Shown: positions 8,130-18,394, numbered from the stretch's first letter. The stretch: DNA of 36,955 nucleotides from a virus (IMGVR_UViG_3300017963_000499:1-36955); one strand, 5' to 3'. Notes: a model not told the origin generated them from the letters alone. Program-made: numbers and translations.

Positions 8130-9674
8130 TTATTCTTCTTCTTTCTGTTCTTGACCTAGTAAGGCGTATGCGGTCGCAATAGCGACTTTGGCCTTATCGT
8201 CTTCCTTAGACTCTGTGCCCCCCTGAAAGTCAGGATCGTCCTCTTCTTCCGCCTCGGCTAGAGCAGCTTCCGCCTCGGACTCCTCTTCTTCGGACTCCTC
8301 GACCTCTTCCTCCTCAGCCTTTGCTTCCTCTTCCTCAGCCTTCGGCTCTTCCTCTTCGGTCTCAGCCTCAGCTTCGGTTGTCTCTTCTTCCTTGACTTCC
8401 TCTTCCTCTACTTCCTCAGAAGCTTCGGTTGCCTCTTCTTCAACCTCTTCAACCTCTTCCTCGGATTTGGCAGTACCTGCATACTTCATGATAAGCTCAA
8501 AGGTCTCGTCGGACATCTCCTTGAGTTCTGCCAGAGTAGCATCTTCATCCTCAACTTCTCGCACCTCGGATAGCTTCGCCATTCTCTCACGAGCCATTTC
8601 CGTCTTGCGAATTTCTTCAAGTTCGGATTCGGCTTTCTCAGCACGCTCCGTAACCTCGGCTAACTTGCTCTCGACTTCAGTCTTCTCTTCCGCCAAAGTC
8701 TTATTGGCCTCTTCAGCCTCAGTAACAGAATTTGTCAATTCCTCAACCTTCTCACTCAAGCTCTCCAACTCCACGATCTTGGCATCCTTCTCCTCCAAGG
8801 CCGCAGTAGCTTCCTCAAGCTTGGCCTGCAAATCTTTGAGTTCTTGCTCCATACCAGTTACACCTCCTTCCGAGTTTGCGTCTACCATCTGATTAGCGGC
8901 AACGCGTATAACCGAATCTACGTTTGCCGGATCTTCCACAAATCCTTGTCCGCCGAAAATGATATTCTTAAGAACTCTACCAATGCGATAGTTCATAAAC
9001 ATCCCACTACCACCATAGATTCTTAAATGCTTAGTCATAAAGGCGGTTGATTCTTTTCTTTCTAGAACTTCTGTCTCGCCTGTCTCTGGATTCAATAACG
9101 AATAATCAAAATCTGTGAACCATGCTTCCATAGAGACAAACATCTCGCCAGAGTTTGCTTTGTCGATAATCTGATCAATCCTGTCAGAGAGCGACGGGAG
9201 CGCTCTGTAAAGAACACCAGCGACTTCGATATCAAAATCATCTGGCACTGGCTCAAGATTCTCGTCAATCCGACCTCCAGCTTTATCGACAGGGTAACTA
9301 TCGACAATGTGCCCAAGAATTCTTGTATCGTCATGCATATCATTCATGGGTTTGTTAATAGGCGTTTTGCGAGCAGCCCAAAGTTCTCCCGGAACAAATA
9401 CATCATCATTCTTGTTCCATCCAGTGCTAACAAGCACAGAAACTATCAGGGCCAGATCTGGCTGATCCATCCCAAGTAGTTCCTCTACAGAAGTGACGCT
9501 TGCCAGATTCCTCTGAAGGAAAGCAATAACCTCTGAAAAATCTGATCTGTCACTATGCACCGCAGGAGCAACGACCGTAGTGGCATATGCAACAGAGCCG
9601 TCTGGCCGAGTTTTGGCGCTATCAGACAAGACTTGCTCTAGTCCGTCAGCTTTTTCTGCTTCAAAAATATGCAC
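8130..9674 (-). CDS. Prohead protease fused to acidic coiled-coil scaffold
   Basis: Lies between portal and capsid. N-terminal half has NKNDDVF, MNDMH..ILGHI, FVSMEA and GQGFVEDPAN motifs typical of phage maturation proteases; C-terminal half is a Glu-rich coiled coil. GTG start with GGAGG RBS. Confidence 0.78.
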   Translation of the reverse strand: MHIFEAEKADGLEQVLSDSAKTRPDGSVAYATTVVAPAVHSDRSDFSEVIAFLQRNLASVTSVEELLGMDQPDLALIVSVLVSTGWNKNDDVFVPGELWAARKTPINKPMNDMHDDTRILGHIVDSYPVDKAGGRIDENLEPVPDDFDIEVAGVLYRALPSLSDRIDQIIDKANSGEMFVSMEAWFTDFDYSLLNPETGETEVLERKESTAFMTKHLRIYGGSGMFMNYRIGRVLKNIIFGGQGFVEDPANVDSVIRVAANQMVDANSEGGVTGMEQELKDLQAKLEEATAALEEKDAKIVELESLSEKVEELTNSVTEAEEANKTLAEEKTEVESKLAEVTERAEKAESELEEIRKTEMARERMAKLSEVREVEDEDATLAELKEMSDETFELIMKYAGTAKSEEEVEEVEEEATEASEEVEEEEVKEEETTEAEAETEEEEPKAEEEEAKAEEEEVEESEEEESEAEAALAEAEEEDDPDFQGGTESKEDDKAKVAIATAYALLGQEQKEEE

Positions 9675-9694
9675 AGGAACCTCCAGTCGTATAA

Positions 9695-9704
9695 ATTATA
9701 CACA
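9695..9704 (-). promoter_or_regulatory. GTGTATAAT promoter motif upstream of protease/capsid operon
   Basis: Minus strand TGTGTATAAT about 20 nt upstream of the start codon. Confidence 0.65.
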
Positions 9705-9748
9705 AATAGATTATGTAACTGCTGGTATTTAATAACCTTTCAGCAGTC

Positions 9749-11824
9749 TTATTGTTTTGGAACCAACATGGCCCATGTAGATGCAGCCAAAGACCTGCGT
9801 TCTTTCAGGTTCGGCTGTCTGCCTACAACACCAGCATGTTCCTTAACAAGTTGCTTAAACAGCTTGTTAAAGATCTTCACCAGATTCTCCGGAGACTTAG
9901 AAGCTCTGGTAGCGATCAATTCGCTAGTAATTTTGTCACTTGGACGAACTGTCGCCAATATAGCACGCTTAGTATATTCCAACTCGTCTCTTTGCTCTCT
10001 AGTGAGAGATCTCAAATTTTTGACCTTCTTTGACTTCAAATACCGCTGGTCAAAGATCTTATCGATTGCAGAGATGTGCTCTTCAGCTATGGCCTTGTAC
10101 ACCGAAAGCACCTTTTCTGTCCGATCATCTCTAGGTTCAGTATCCCTACTGCCGGGCGGTCTGCCAGCTTCTTTCGTTTCCTCTTCTCTCGGCTGATCTC
10201 CTACCAGATTTTCACCGCCGCCCTCTTCAGACTTGAGACCTTGCAATTCCATATTATATTGATGCTGAAGATCCATGACGCTTTTCGGTCTGTAGTACGG
10301 ATTAGCCTTCTCAAGAACACCATCCTCTGCAACTCTGATCTTCTGTTCTCTTCGCATATTCTCAAGCTCGATTGCAAAATTCTGACCAAATACCTGAAGA
10401 ACTCTCTCATTGGAAACAATGCCACGATCAAGAAGTTGGATTAAAAGCTGTTTTTCTGCGGCTTCATCTCTAAGAGACATAATGCCGAATACGATTTCGG
10501 GAGTCTTTTTGATCCCCATAGCTTCTGCAACCATCTGCAATTCTGTCTCAAGCCAGACAATGCAACGCAGCCTAACGTATTCCAATCTTTCTGTCAGCGT
10601 CTTGAGTTGTGCGAATACGGCATCTGAACCGCCATTTCCAATCTCTCCAGCCCCTATCAGAAGATCTGGTATGCCAAGCCCTCTGATGATATCGAGATTA
10701 ACCGAATCGTACTTCTCCGACCCCAGAATCTTATCGACTGGCGGATATTCCACCTTCAGATCAATCATGTCGTCCCAGACAAGATCCATCGCGCCGCCAC
10801 CGACATTATGCTGCAACATATCCAAGAGCCTATTGACTGCGGTTCTAGTCGGCAGAATTTGTTTATCAGAATTGCCCAATTTCCAAAGTCTGATGACGTT
10901 GATGACGCCGTCTAAAGCGGCCATGTCAGCCAACTTCATCTTATCCTTCAACATCACATCTTCAAGAATACCGAACAAAAACGGAGTGGCCCATTCCTCC
11001 CAATCGTCTTTCTTATAGTAATCAACGTACATTTTGTCATCGGAGAGAGAGACCAACCGATTACCTTTGCCTTGCGCAGCTTCAATCACTTCTGCTGGCA
11101 ACTTTTCCATTATTGCCTGCTCTTCTGGCGTCTTTCGCTTCTTCTGTATAGCTCTAGCAAGCGTTGTCGGAATGCGCATCGCTAATTGATTGTCCCCAAA
11201 GAACTTGCCCATCTCGCCGCCAGTTTTTTCGATAATGGTGGGAGACAGGAAAGTGTATCGCCACGGCACTTGGCCTTTGTTGCCACTCTTCTTCGTTGTA
11301 GTGATCTTCTCTGGCTCTTCCTGTGCTCTAGACATCTCCTTGGCTGCTGGTTTAGAAATCTTCGCCATCTTCCTGCGAACTACCACGTTTGCGTCTCGCA
11401 GCAACAGCTTCATGAATGTATGAGCACGATCCTGCAAATTAACCTTCTCTGCCCACTTCTTGAAGAATCTCTCGTGCTTCTTGACCGGATGACGGAGATC
11501 CAACCCCTCGGATGCAAAATCAGACATCAGGTCGATGATATTCCTGACCATCCCTACTTTGCGGTAGATTCCTTGACAGGCCGCAATGATCTCGTCATGA
11601 TCACTGGGGAGCTTATCCTCTGGCCTGTGATATTCGTAATCAAAGCGGTTGTGGCCAGCACGAAGGTCTGGTGTAGCATCTGATCCATGCGTAATTACGC
11701 AGTCGTCTGGCAGGGAATGCTTCGCAATCGATTGTGGGCCTTTGGTATAGAAGCTCTCTTCTTTGGTCTTTTTCTTAGTGTCTTTCTTGGCGGGATTCTT
11801 CCTTGGTTTCTTTCTCGCAGCCAT
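9749..11824 (-). CDS. Portal protein
   Basis: 691 aa directly downstream of terminase large subunit; YRKVGMVRNIIDLMSDF and IIRGLGIPDLLIG portal-like segments. Confidence 0.8.
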   Translation of the reverse strand: MAARKKPRKNPAKKDTKKKTKEESFYTKGPQSIAKHSLPDDCVITHGSDATPDLRAGHNRFDYEYHRPEDKLPSDHDEIIAACQGIYRKVGMVRNIIDLMSDFASEGLDLRHPVKKHERFFKKWAEKVNLQDRAHTFMKLLLRDANVVVRRKMAKISKPAAKEMSRAQEEPEKITTTKKSGNKGQVPWRYTFLSPTIIEKTGGEMGKFFGDNQLAMRIPTTLARAIQKKRKTPEEQAIMEKLPAEVIEAAQGKGNRLVSLSDDKMYVDYYKKDDWEEWATPFLFGILEDVMLKDKMKLADMAALDGVINVIRLWKLGNSDKQILPTRTAVNRLLDMLQHNVGGGAMDLVWDDMIDLKVEYPPVDKILGSEKYDSVNLDIIRGLGIPDLLIGAGEIGNGGSDAVFAQLKTLTERLEYVRLRCIVWLETELQMVAEAMGIKKTPEIVFGIMSLRDEAAEKQLLIQLLDRGIVSNERVLQVFGQNFAIELENMRREQKIRVAEDGVLEKANPYYRPKSVMDLQHQYNMELQGLKSEEGGGENLVGDQPREEETKEAGRPPGSRDTEPRDDRTEKVLSVYKAIAEEHISAIDKIFDQRYLKSKKVKNLRSLTREQRDELEYTKRAILATVRPSDKITSELIATRASKSPENLVKIFNKLFKQLVKEHAGVVGRQPNLKERRSLAASTWAMLVPKQ

Positions 11825-11872
11825 ATCAGTCCCTTCGGTTGAACTACAGTTGGATTACAATTCCACTAGTTG

Positions 11873-11882
11873 ATTATACACC
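11873..11882 (-). promoter_or_regulatory. GTGTATAAT promoter motif upstream of portal gene
   Basis: Minus strand GGTGTATAAT in the AT-rich terL-portal intergenic region. Confidence 0.65.
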
Positions 11883-11910
11883 TCATAGTAAATATAAAAT
11901 ATATAATTTA

Positions 11911-14016
11911 CTATATCCTTTCCCCGCGTTTTGTGGCCCCAAAGTTCTTTTCACCGCCGCCACCTTTTACCCAGTCCTTGGAGTTCCGCATAGACCCCAC
12001 TCCGGGGCCTCGATACAGGCCCTCTGTCGGGTCAAGGTTGTCAACCTTCTGGATATTCCCCGCGACATCTTCGTAATCTATTGCCACTTCTGGCCTTACG
12101 TCATTTTCGTACACCCATTTGTGAGATATTAGCAAAGCCGTGTACCTATCTTTCCTCAGCCTGCCCTTTCTCTGTATCCCTGTGGCCGACGCAGCCTGTG
12201 CGACAGTCGGGGTGTCGAACCGCTCCTTGCCAGTTGTCGTCTCGCTGACCTGTATGATGCAAAGCTCATTCTTAAGCTCTTCGATATTGTTCACATTTTC
12301 TTCGAATGTGTCGAACGTGATGTTGAGGCTTTTCTCGGCCATGATCGCAGATTGCATCTTCACGGTATCAAAAGCAGGGAAAAGCAGCCGCTTGGTCTCC
12401 AAACTTGCCTTCAAAGCCACGTTTGCTTCTGCATTGTATTTGGAACTCTGATCAACAAGCTCAAGAATGTGTAGTCCCTTTTCTCCATCTTCTGGCTTGG
12501 GATTGTCATAATCGATTATTTCGTAGATTGGCAACTCGCCCTCTTCCAGCAACTTCTTATTTCTGAGCATCTCGGACAACGCACCGCCACCACCCTGACT
12601 ATCCATCTCAATCCTGACTGGCGCAAAATGTCTCACTACCCACCTGATCTTAGAACAACAATACGCATAATAATCATCATTGGTCAAAAGACCTTGCTTC
12701 TTACGCTTATTGAATTCTCCCTTATTCACAGCCCAACAGTAAACTACTCGATAGTGATTTGGCCAAACCTCCAAAACAACTATTGTTAAATTATCTCGCT
12801 CTGCGGCAGGGTCAATTCCGACAACATACCTACGACCTTTGATCCCGGCCATCAGCGGCGTAAACGTAACATCGCCATCTGGTGTGGCTATCGGCTTAGA
12901 TGGGCCAGTTGAACATGATTCAATCAAGCTTCTTGGAAAGAAGCCGTCTGAATCTTTTACAAAGATCCCGCCATACTCCATCAAAAAGATATTGCGTGGC
13001 AATAGAGCTTTCGCATGAGCAAGCTGTCGCTGATCCAATAAGCCGTCCGGTAGATAGTTGTATGGAATACGAATGATCGCATAGTCATTATGATTGAAAT
13101 TCTCCGGGATCATATTCGCGCCGCCAAAAATTTCCGAGACCCTATCTAGATCTCCTTTGCTTTGTAGTATGGATTTCCACATGTTAAATTTCTTGGCGAA
13201 ATGATTGAACTCGTAATATGCAGTTCCGGAATATATGATCTGGTTCCCAGTTGGCGCAGCATCCTTAGTCATCGCTTCCTTAACATCGTCTGGCATGTCT
13301 ATTTTTTCGAAGTCTCTTTCAAAAGCTAGTCTTCTAGCCTCATCTACCGGCGTCTTCGTTGTCGCGGCAAAACCGCGAACGACGATATCAAAGATATCTT
13401 CTGGAATAGCAGCAAACTCGTCAGCAATAATAATGTTCGCACGAAAACCTCTAATCTTCGTACCGTCGCCCAACGGCAACGCATAGATAACAGATTCGCC
13501 TATCTTGAAATAACACAAGTCGACATTCTGTTTCGGTCCAGCTTTTCTGCCGCCGCCGACGATACTTCGGAGCACAGGGGATGAATTCCATATATTATCA
13601 ATATAGTTAAACACCAATCTTGCTTGACGTAAACCGCCACCGATGATGGCTACCTTGGTTCCCGGATCGAGAAGGGCTTTCAGCACAGCATAAACTGCCA
13701 GCATGAAACTCTTGCTTCCACCACGAGACGCTACTAGCAATGGGAACGGAGTATCCCACATGACTTGCAATGTTGCTATCTGAATAGGAAATAGGTCGAT
13801 GTTAAGAATCGTCTTCGCCGTCCAGCCGATAAACTCCGGTTTAAGCATCTTTGAGATAACGAACTCGTCTGCTGATTGTTTCGATTGTGACATGCCATCA
13901 AATAAATGTTTCTTTATTTTTGGAACTCTATTCCTGTACGGAAACAAGTAACCATACTTTCCTTGATCACCATACAGAAGATCGTCTAAATCTATAGAGT
14001 ATTTCGACGTTACCAT
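11911..14016 (-). CDS. terL: Terminase large subunit
   Basis: Walker A ASRGGSKS, IRGFRANIIIADEF Walker B, motif III SGTA, RNase H-like nuclease motifs VVGIDPA and KDRYTA. Confidence 0.93.
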   Translation of the reverse strand: MVTSKYSIDLDDLLYGDQGKYGYLFPYRNRVPKIKKHLFDGMSQSKQSADEFVISKMLKPEFIGWTAKTILNIDLFPIQIATLQVMWDTPFPLLVASRGGSKSFMLAVYAVLKALLDPGTKVAIIGGGLRQARLVFNYIDNIWNSSPVLRSIVGGGRKAGPKQNVDLCYFKIGESVIYALPLGDGTKIRGFRANIIIADEFAAIPEDIFDIVVRGFAATTKTPVDEARRLAFERDFEKIDMPDDVKEAMTKDAAPTGNQIIYSGTAYYEFNHFAKKFNMWKSILQSKGDLDRVSEIFGGANMIPENFNHNDYAIIRIPYNYLPDGLLDQRQLAHAKALLPRNIFLMEYGGIFVKDSDGFFPRSLIESCSTGPSKPIATPDGDVTFTPLMAGIKGRRYVVGIDPAAERDNLTIVVLEVWPNHYRVVYCWAVNKGEFNKRKKQGLLTNDDYYAYCCSKIRWVVRHFAPVRIEMDSQGGGGALSEMLRNKKLLEEGELPIYEIIDYDNPKPEDGEKGLHILELVDQSSKYNAEANVALKASLETKRLLFPAFDTVKMQSAIMAEKSLNITFDTFEENVNNIEELKNELCIIQVSETTTGKERFDTPTVAQAASATGIQRKGRLRKDRYTALLISHKWVYENDVRPEVAIDYEDVAGNIQKVDNLDPTEGLYRGPGVGSMRNSKDWVKGGGGEKNFGATKRGERI

Positions 14017-14537
14017 TAGCTACCAACCGCCTTATTCCGTGGCACCCATCTGTCCCGCTCATGACGTACCACTTCTTCAAAGATTAACTGCGCCATCTTC
14101 CTGCCACATTGACCAACAGGCATTATGTGAACATCATATTTGACAGACAACTGCATAAGCCATCTAATCAAAGCCTTCCCCGGAGCTTTTGTCCGGTATT
14201 GCGGTGGCGATAAGCTAAGAATATCCGGCGTTAGATCGGCCTCGATCAACACATAGGCATATTTAAGCTTGGATAGTTTCTCAAGCTCTATCTCAAACCT
14301 GTCTCGCTCATCGTAGTTCGTCCACAATTCGCTAAAATGCTCTTTTCTCTCTATCGCAAGAATATCCTCATAACCAACTAAGCTGTAATCGCCAGCACTG
14401 AGAGTTTCTTCAACTGTGCCATCGCAGTTAGGCGGTCTTCGATTGGCCCTAGTGTGCTCCTCAAACCACCAACCATACCCCTTCTTTTCACGGGTATCTC
14501 GAACTACAGTGTATCTCGGTAGAACTAAACGCGACAT
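14016..14537 (-). CDS. ERCC4/XPF-family PD-(D/E)XK nuclease
   Basis: VVRDTREK, GDYSL, IERK and VLIEA motifs; stop overlaps the terL start. Confidence 0.85.
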   Translation of the reverse strand: MSRLVLPRYTVVRDTREKKGYGWWFEEHTRANRRPPNCDGTVEETLSAGDYSLVGYEDILAIERKEHFSELWTNYDERDRFEIELEKLSKLKYAYVLIEADLTPDILSLSPPQYRTKAPGKALIRWLMQLSVKYDVHIMPVGQCGRKMAQLIFEEVVRHERDRWVPRNKAVGS

Positions 14538-15544
14538 GTGTCTTTCCCCAACTTAACGTCATTCTTAACCATTCGTTTGACAAGCTCTTCAAACGATACG
14601 TTCTGTTCCCATCCAAGGACATCCTTCGCCTTCGTGGGGTCTCCAAGCAAAAGATTAACATCGGCAGGTCGATAGAACTTCGGATCGACTTCCACGTAAT
14701 CACCAAACCCAAGATCGGCCAAGGAAAACGCTGCATCTAAAAATTCTCTTACGGTTCGCGTCTTCCCACTCGCTAGGACAAAATCCCCCGGCGAGTTTTG
14801 CTGCATCATGAGCCACATACCGCGAACCATGTCTTCTGCGTGCGACCAGTCCCTCTTGGCCTCAAGATTACCAAGGTACAGAGGGAATACATCAACGCCC
14901 TTCTTAGGAACCCTGCCGGTCTCCTCTTTGAAGTTGATAAGGCTTGCAACGTATTGAGTAATCTTGCGTGTGACAAATTGTTCGCCACGACGCTCAGATT
15001 CATGATTGAATAAAATCCCTGCACATGCATAGATACCGTATGCACGACGATACAGGTCGACTAGGGTGTGGGCTGCTAACTTTGCGACTGCGTATGGAGA
15101 ACAAGGCTGCAATACGGTTTCTTCGTTCTGTGGGGTTTCGTTTGTATCGCCATATAACTCAGATGTACTTGCTTGATAAAATCTTGATTCCATTGAGTTC
15201 TGCCTGATCGCTTCAAGGATGTTCATCGGACCAACAGCATCGATTTCAAACGTGGCAACCGGCTGGTCAAATGAAATTCCGACATGGCTCATTGCCGCCA
15301 GATTGTAAATCTCTGATGGCTTAGTTTTGGCAACCAAGCGATTAATCCCAGTAGCATCCGTCACATCGCCAACTACAAGCTCGAAGTTGGGACTATTTAC
15401 AATATGCGCGATGTTCTCCGTGGTGTCGGTAGAAGATCGACGTATCATACCGTAGACCTTGTAGCCTTTGCCTAACAATAGCTCGGAAAGATAGCTACCG
15501 TCCTGACCATTCACGCCAGTTATCAGTGCAGTCCTATTCATCAT
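14525..15544 (-). CDS. gmd: GDP-mannose 4,6-dehydratase
   Basis: [71 protein letters not shown]. Start moved to MMNRT at 15544 (GGAGGAG RBS). Confidence 0.96.
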   Translation of the reverse strand: MMNRTALITGVNGQDGSYLSELLLGKGYKVYGMIRRSSTDTTENIAHIVNSPNFELVVGDVTDATGINRLVAKTKPSEIYNLAAMSHVGISFDQPVATFEIDAVGPMNILEAIRQNSMESRFYQASTSELYGDTNETPQNEETVLQPCSPYAVAKLAAHTLVDLYRRAYGIYACAGILFNHESERRGEQFVTRKITQYVASLINFKEETGRVPKKGVDVFPLYLGNLEAKRDWSHAEDMVRGMWLMMQQNSPGDFVLASGKTRTVREFLDAAFSLADLGFGDYVEVDPKFYRPADVNLLLGDPTKAKDVLGWEQNVSFEELVKRMVKNDVKLGKDTCRV

Positions 15545-15797
15545 CTTTCTCTCCTCCGAAAAACTGTTCCATATCAATGGCAAGGTCGCTGTCGATGCCA
15601 TCTTCAGGTTGCTGTCTTGCGAGCTTAATCAGTTCTATCTCTTCTTTTAGACAGCACTTTTTGTACTTCTTCCCGCTTCCACACCAACATGGGGCGTTAC
15701 GACCAACCTTTGGGGTCTCCCTAATGATAGGGCCTGTAACACTCATAATCCCCTTGGCTTTATTTTCCAGTAAGCGCTTTGTCTCTGGGTTCATCAT
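15534..15797 (-). CDS. SEC-C zinc-binding motif protein
   Basis: [20 protein letters not shown]; overlaps both neighbours. Confidence 0.88.
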   Translation of the reverse strand: MMNPETKRLLENKAKGIMSVTGPIIRETPKVGRNAPCWCGSGKKYKKCCLKEEIELIKLARQQPEDGIDSDLAIDMEQFFGGEKDDE

Positions 15798-16707
15798 TCA
15801 CACCCCTTCCAAAACTTTCTATCAATGTCTCAACATCCCACGCATATTTTGTTGCCAACCTCTCAGATTCTTTGAGAGCTTTATCCGCTTCGCTTTCCAT
15901 GCCTAATCTTGTAAAGATATCTGCCAGTCTATTAAAATACGTGTGCTCGCCAGCAACGGCCTTAACTCCGTTTCTGATCCACACATCTGGAAACAATCTT
16001 TGTGCTAAGATATGTTCCGAATGCGAGATAAAGCGATACGGAGTTTCGGTTAGCATCACATGATTGCCTAGATATCTCGGCATCAATTTTGAATTTGTTA
16101 CTTGAACCCCACAACTCAATGGGATAGAAAATGATTTTTCAGGCACGAGGCAATCCAAGTTATCTCGCACTAAATCAACAACTACTTGAGCATTCGCATA
16201 GTGACATTCCCCATATGACCAACCATTAATTTCTAGCCTCTTAATAAGAGACTGAACCCAATTGTGGCCCATGTCATCCGCCGTTATGCATACGTTGAAT
16301 TTCAACCCAAATTTTTCAGGTAAACATCGAAGGATATTGGCAGCATATGGGATATGGGCCATATCTAACTTGCTCGTCAATTCCTGCCCAAATATAGTAT
16401 CCCAAGAATCCTCCTCAAACGGTGTGCAAACTAACGAATTCAGATCTTTTATGATATCGACAACATCTAGAATAGACTTGTCTTCTGGGTCTGGCCTAAT
16501 AACAACGCCAGCATCGCTAGCAGGCAAATGCAGAATATCAAATGGAGATGATGCAAAGATCAACCCAACATCATGTTCGTCTATTAGATTCTTAGTTTCT
16601 GCCTTCGTCTTTGGATTACAAACGTAGACTTTATGTCCAAGATGCCTAAGAGTATCTATGTATCCCTGTTTGGATTGATCATTATCGTCGCAATATATCG
16701 CATTCAT
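15760..16707 (-). CDS. Putative glycosyltransferase (CgeB-like / Glyco_trans_1_2, GT-B), divergent
   Basis: [10 protein letters not shown]-terminus, [24 protein letters not shown] and [12 protein letters not shown], which match the recalled CgeB-family pattern. Confidence 0.65.
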   Translation of the reverse strand: MNAIYCDDNDQSKQGYIDTLRHLGHKVYVCNPKTKAETKNLIDEHDVGLIFASSPFDILHLPASDAGVVIRPDPEDKSILDVVDIIKDLNSLVCTPFEEDSWDTIFGQELTSKLDMAHIPYAANILRCLPEKFGLKFNVCITADDMGHNWVQSLIKRLEINGWSYGECHYANAQVVVDLVRDNLDCLVPEKSFSIPLSCGVQVTNSKLMPRYLGNHVMLTETPYRFISHSEHILAQRLFPDVWIRNGVKAVAGEHTYFNRLADIFTRLGMESEADKALKESERLATKYAWDVETLIESFGRGVNDEPRDKALTGK

Positions 16708-17606
16708 GTCTGTTCTCCAAAATCCGTTCCACCATCTATAATAACCGGATCTATGGTCCCGTCTGGGAACTCTGCTGGCTCACGCAGCTTTTTAAGAGAG
16801 TCTTTCGCTGCTAGTCTCGTAAGTTCCGCATACTTGCCTTGCTTCTTTCTTTCCTTCTCTGACTGCTGGAGACTGACGACCAAACTCAAAAAACTTTCTT
16901 TTCCGCCCCTTAATTCTTCCAGCCTGTCCTTTCTGGTAGCAGCCAAATTTTGTGATATTTTCTGTCTTTCCTGCGCTAAGTTATCATACCTTTTTTTAGC
17001 GTCTTTGAGTGCGTTTATAAGGTTGCCCCATTTCACATACTGCTCAGAATGCTCTCGCCTCTCCTCCGGAGTAGAATCATCATCTATCGGATGCATAGAT
17101 ATCCATTTGGCCACCTCATCTACTTCGTCCTGCAAGTCCTTCATCAACTTCATCTCTCGGCCAATAAGAATTCTGTGTTTTAAGAAGTCGTCGATCTGGA
17201 AGAACTCTGTGGAAACAATATCCTCAAACTGGCAGCAAACAACCCCATACTCTTCAAGATACTTCTTAATCTCTTTAGCATGAAGCTGTTCTTTTAGTTC
17301 GGTAAATAGGTGAGTCTTCTTAAATTGGTCTCTAAACCATTCTGCCTTTTCAATCTCATCTAATCCCGGTGGCGGGACGGTAAGGGTCGGCTGCATTTTC
17401 ACCGGAGATTGATTCTTGATCCCTTTATCTCGCTTAACTCCGAGTTTCTTGCGATTCCTGCGAATTGTCTCCAAATTCCACTTATGTCCAAACTCCTGCT
17501 CCAGTCTCGTCCGTATCTTAGGATCTGAAAGACCTTGCTCTACTAACTCTCTGAGCAGCTTAATCGCTTCTGGCATTTTGGACAGCCAAGGTGTTTTATC
17601 ACTCAT
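16704..17606 (-). CDS. Hypothetical protein with N-terminal HTH and coiled coil; candidate terminase small subunit
   Basis: GLSDPKIRTRL..WNLETIRRNRKKLG HTH followed by long helices; same operon as terL. Start set at MSDKTPW. The function is inference only. Confidence 0.5.
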   Translation of the reverse strand: MSDKTPWLSKMPEAIKLLRELVEQGLSDPKIRTRLEQEFGHKWNLETIRRNRKKLGVKRDKGIKNQSPVKMQPTLTVPPPGLDEIEKAEWFRDQFKKTHLFTELKEQLHAKEIKKYLEEYGVVCCQFEDIVSTEFFQIDDFLKHRILIGREMKLMKDLQDEVDEVAKWISMHPIDDDSTPEERREHSEQYVKWGNLINALKDAKKRYDNLAQERQKISQNLAATRKDRLEELRGGKESFLSLVVSLQQSEKERKKQGKYAELTRLAAKDSLKKLREPAEFPDGTIDPVIIDGGTDFGEQT

Positions 17607-18213
17607 CCTCTTCTCGCTCCTTAAGAATCTTGGCGACAAGATCGCATACTTCCTGTCTCACTGGCTTCCTAACTCTATTACCATTTATCATGTCGCAGAA
17701 GATTTCAACAAATTCGTGTGGCAACTTTTCTATGATGTATTCGCATGTTTCCTCTGCCATCAATTGTTCAAGCGGATCGCCCTGCTCGTCTTCTGAACCA
17801 CAAAGGATTCTGCCCTCTTTCAGCAAATCGTTATTTAGGGAAATGGCATTAACCAGATTCATTCTGGCTCTGGCAGCACCACTAGGGGATGGATTCTTTT
17901 CTGGTCTATAGTATTTGTCTCTCTTAAGATTCTTGAGACGGTTAGAGACGTGGCTTCTGAGAAAGTTCTCAAGCTCGGCCTTGCTCTCGTCGTACCTGCT
18001 TAGAGCATCGAGACAGAGAACCCAGATCTCCTGTTCGATGTCGTCTGCGGTATAATATGCGAAAACACCGCTCTTCTTATGGTACTTCGCTATCTTGGCA
18101 ATCACAGGATGGGCCTTTTGGATCATCTCCTGCGTCGGCATTTTCTCCTGTGCAACTTCCTTCACCTGCTTCTTCTTCCGAGCCGTTTTCTTCTTCTGTC
18201 TCTTCTTCTTCAT
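17599..18213 (-). CDS. Phage sigma-70/ECF-like transcription factor
   Basis: Region 2-like ADDIEQEIWVLCLDALSRYDESKAELENFLRSHVSNRLKNLKRD. Start uncertain (18213, 18141 or 18126). Confidence 0.75.
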   Translation of the reverse strand: MKKKRQKKKTARKKKQVKEVAQEKMPTQEMIQKAHPVIAKIAKYHKKSGVFAYYTADDIEQEIWVLCLDALSRYDESKAELENFLRSHVSNRLKNLKRDKYYRPEKNPSPSGAARARMNLVNAISLNNDLLKEGRILCGSEDEQGDPLEQLMAEETCEYIIEKLPHEFVEIFCDMINGNRVRKPVRQEVCDLVAKILKEREEDE

Positions 18214-18364
18214 CGTTTTCCTTCCGAAAAGCCTCTTCCAAAGCAGCCTTGGCAACATTCTCATCTGGATCAGGGACTTCTAAGTCCTTTTCTGCCTTAG
18301 AGTTAGCTTCGTCAGTTCCACGAATCCTCAAATCACATTTGACTCTCAGTGGCTTATCTTCCAT
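18077..18364 (-). CDS. Small acidic hypothetical protein
   Basis: ATG at 18364 with GGAGGT RBS; first gene of the leftward operon; overlaps the sigma gene in another frame. Confidence 0.65.
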   Translation of the reverse strand: MEDKPLRVKCDLRIRGTDEANSKAEKDLEVPDPDENVAKAALEEAFRKENDEEEETEEENGSEEEAGEGSCTGENADAGDDPKGPSCDCQDSEVP

Positions 18365-18394
18365 TTTTTTTACCTCCAACGTCCGATAAAAACG

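Noticed and set aside
15534-15797. secA gene
   Set aside because: Only the ~20-aa SEC-C motif is present; no ATPase domains.
6586-17911. Longer plus-strand ORFs (e.g. 8392..8892, 10410..11018, 16633..17283)
   Set aside because: Antisense to well-supported genes; Ser-rich mirror composition; no motifs.
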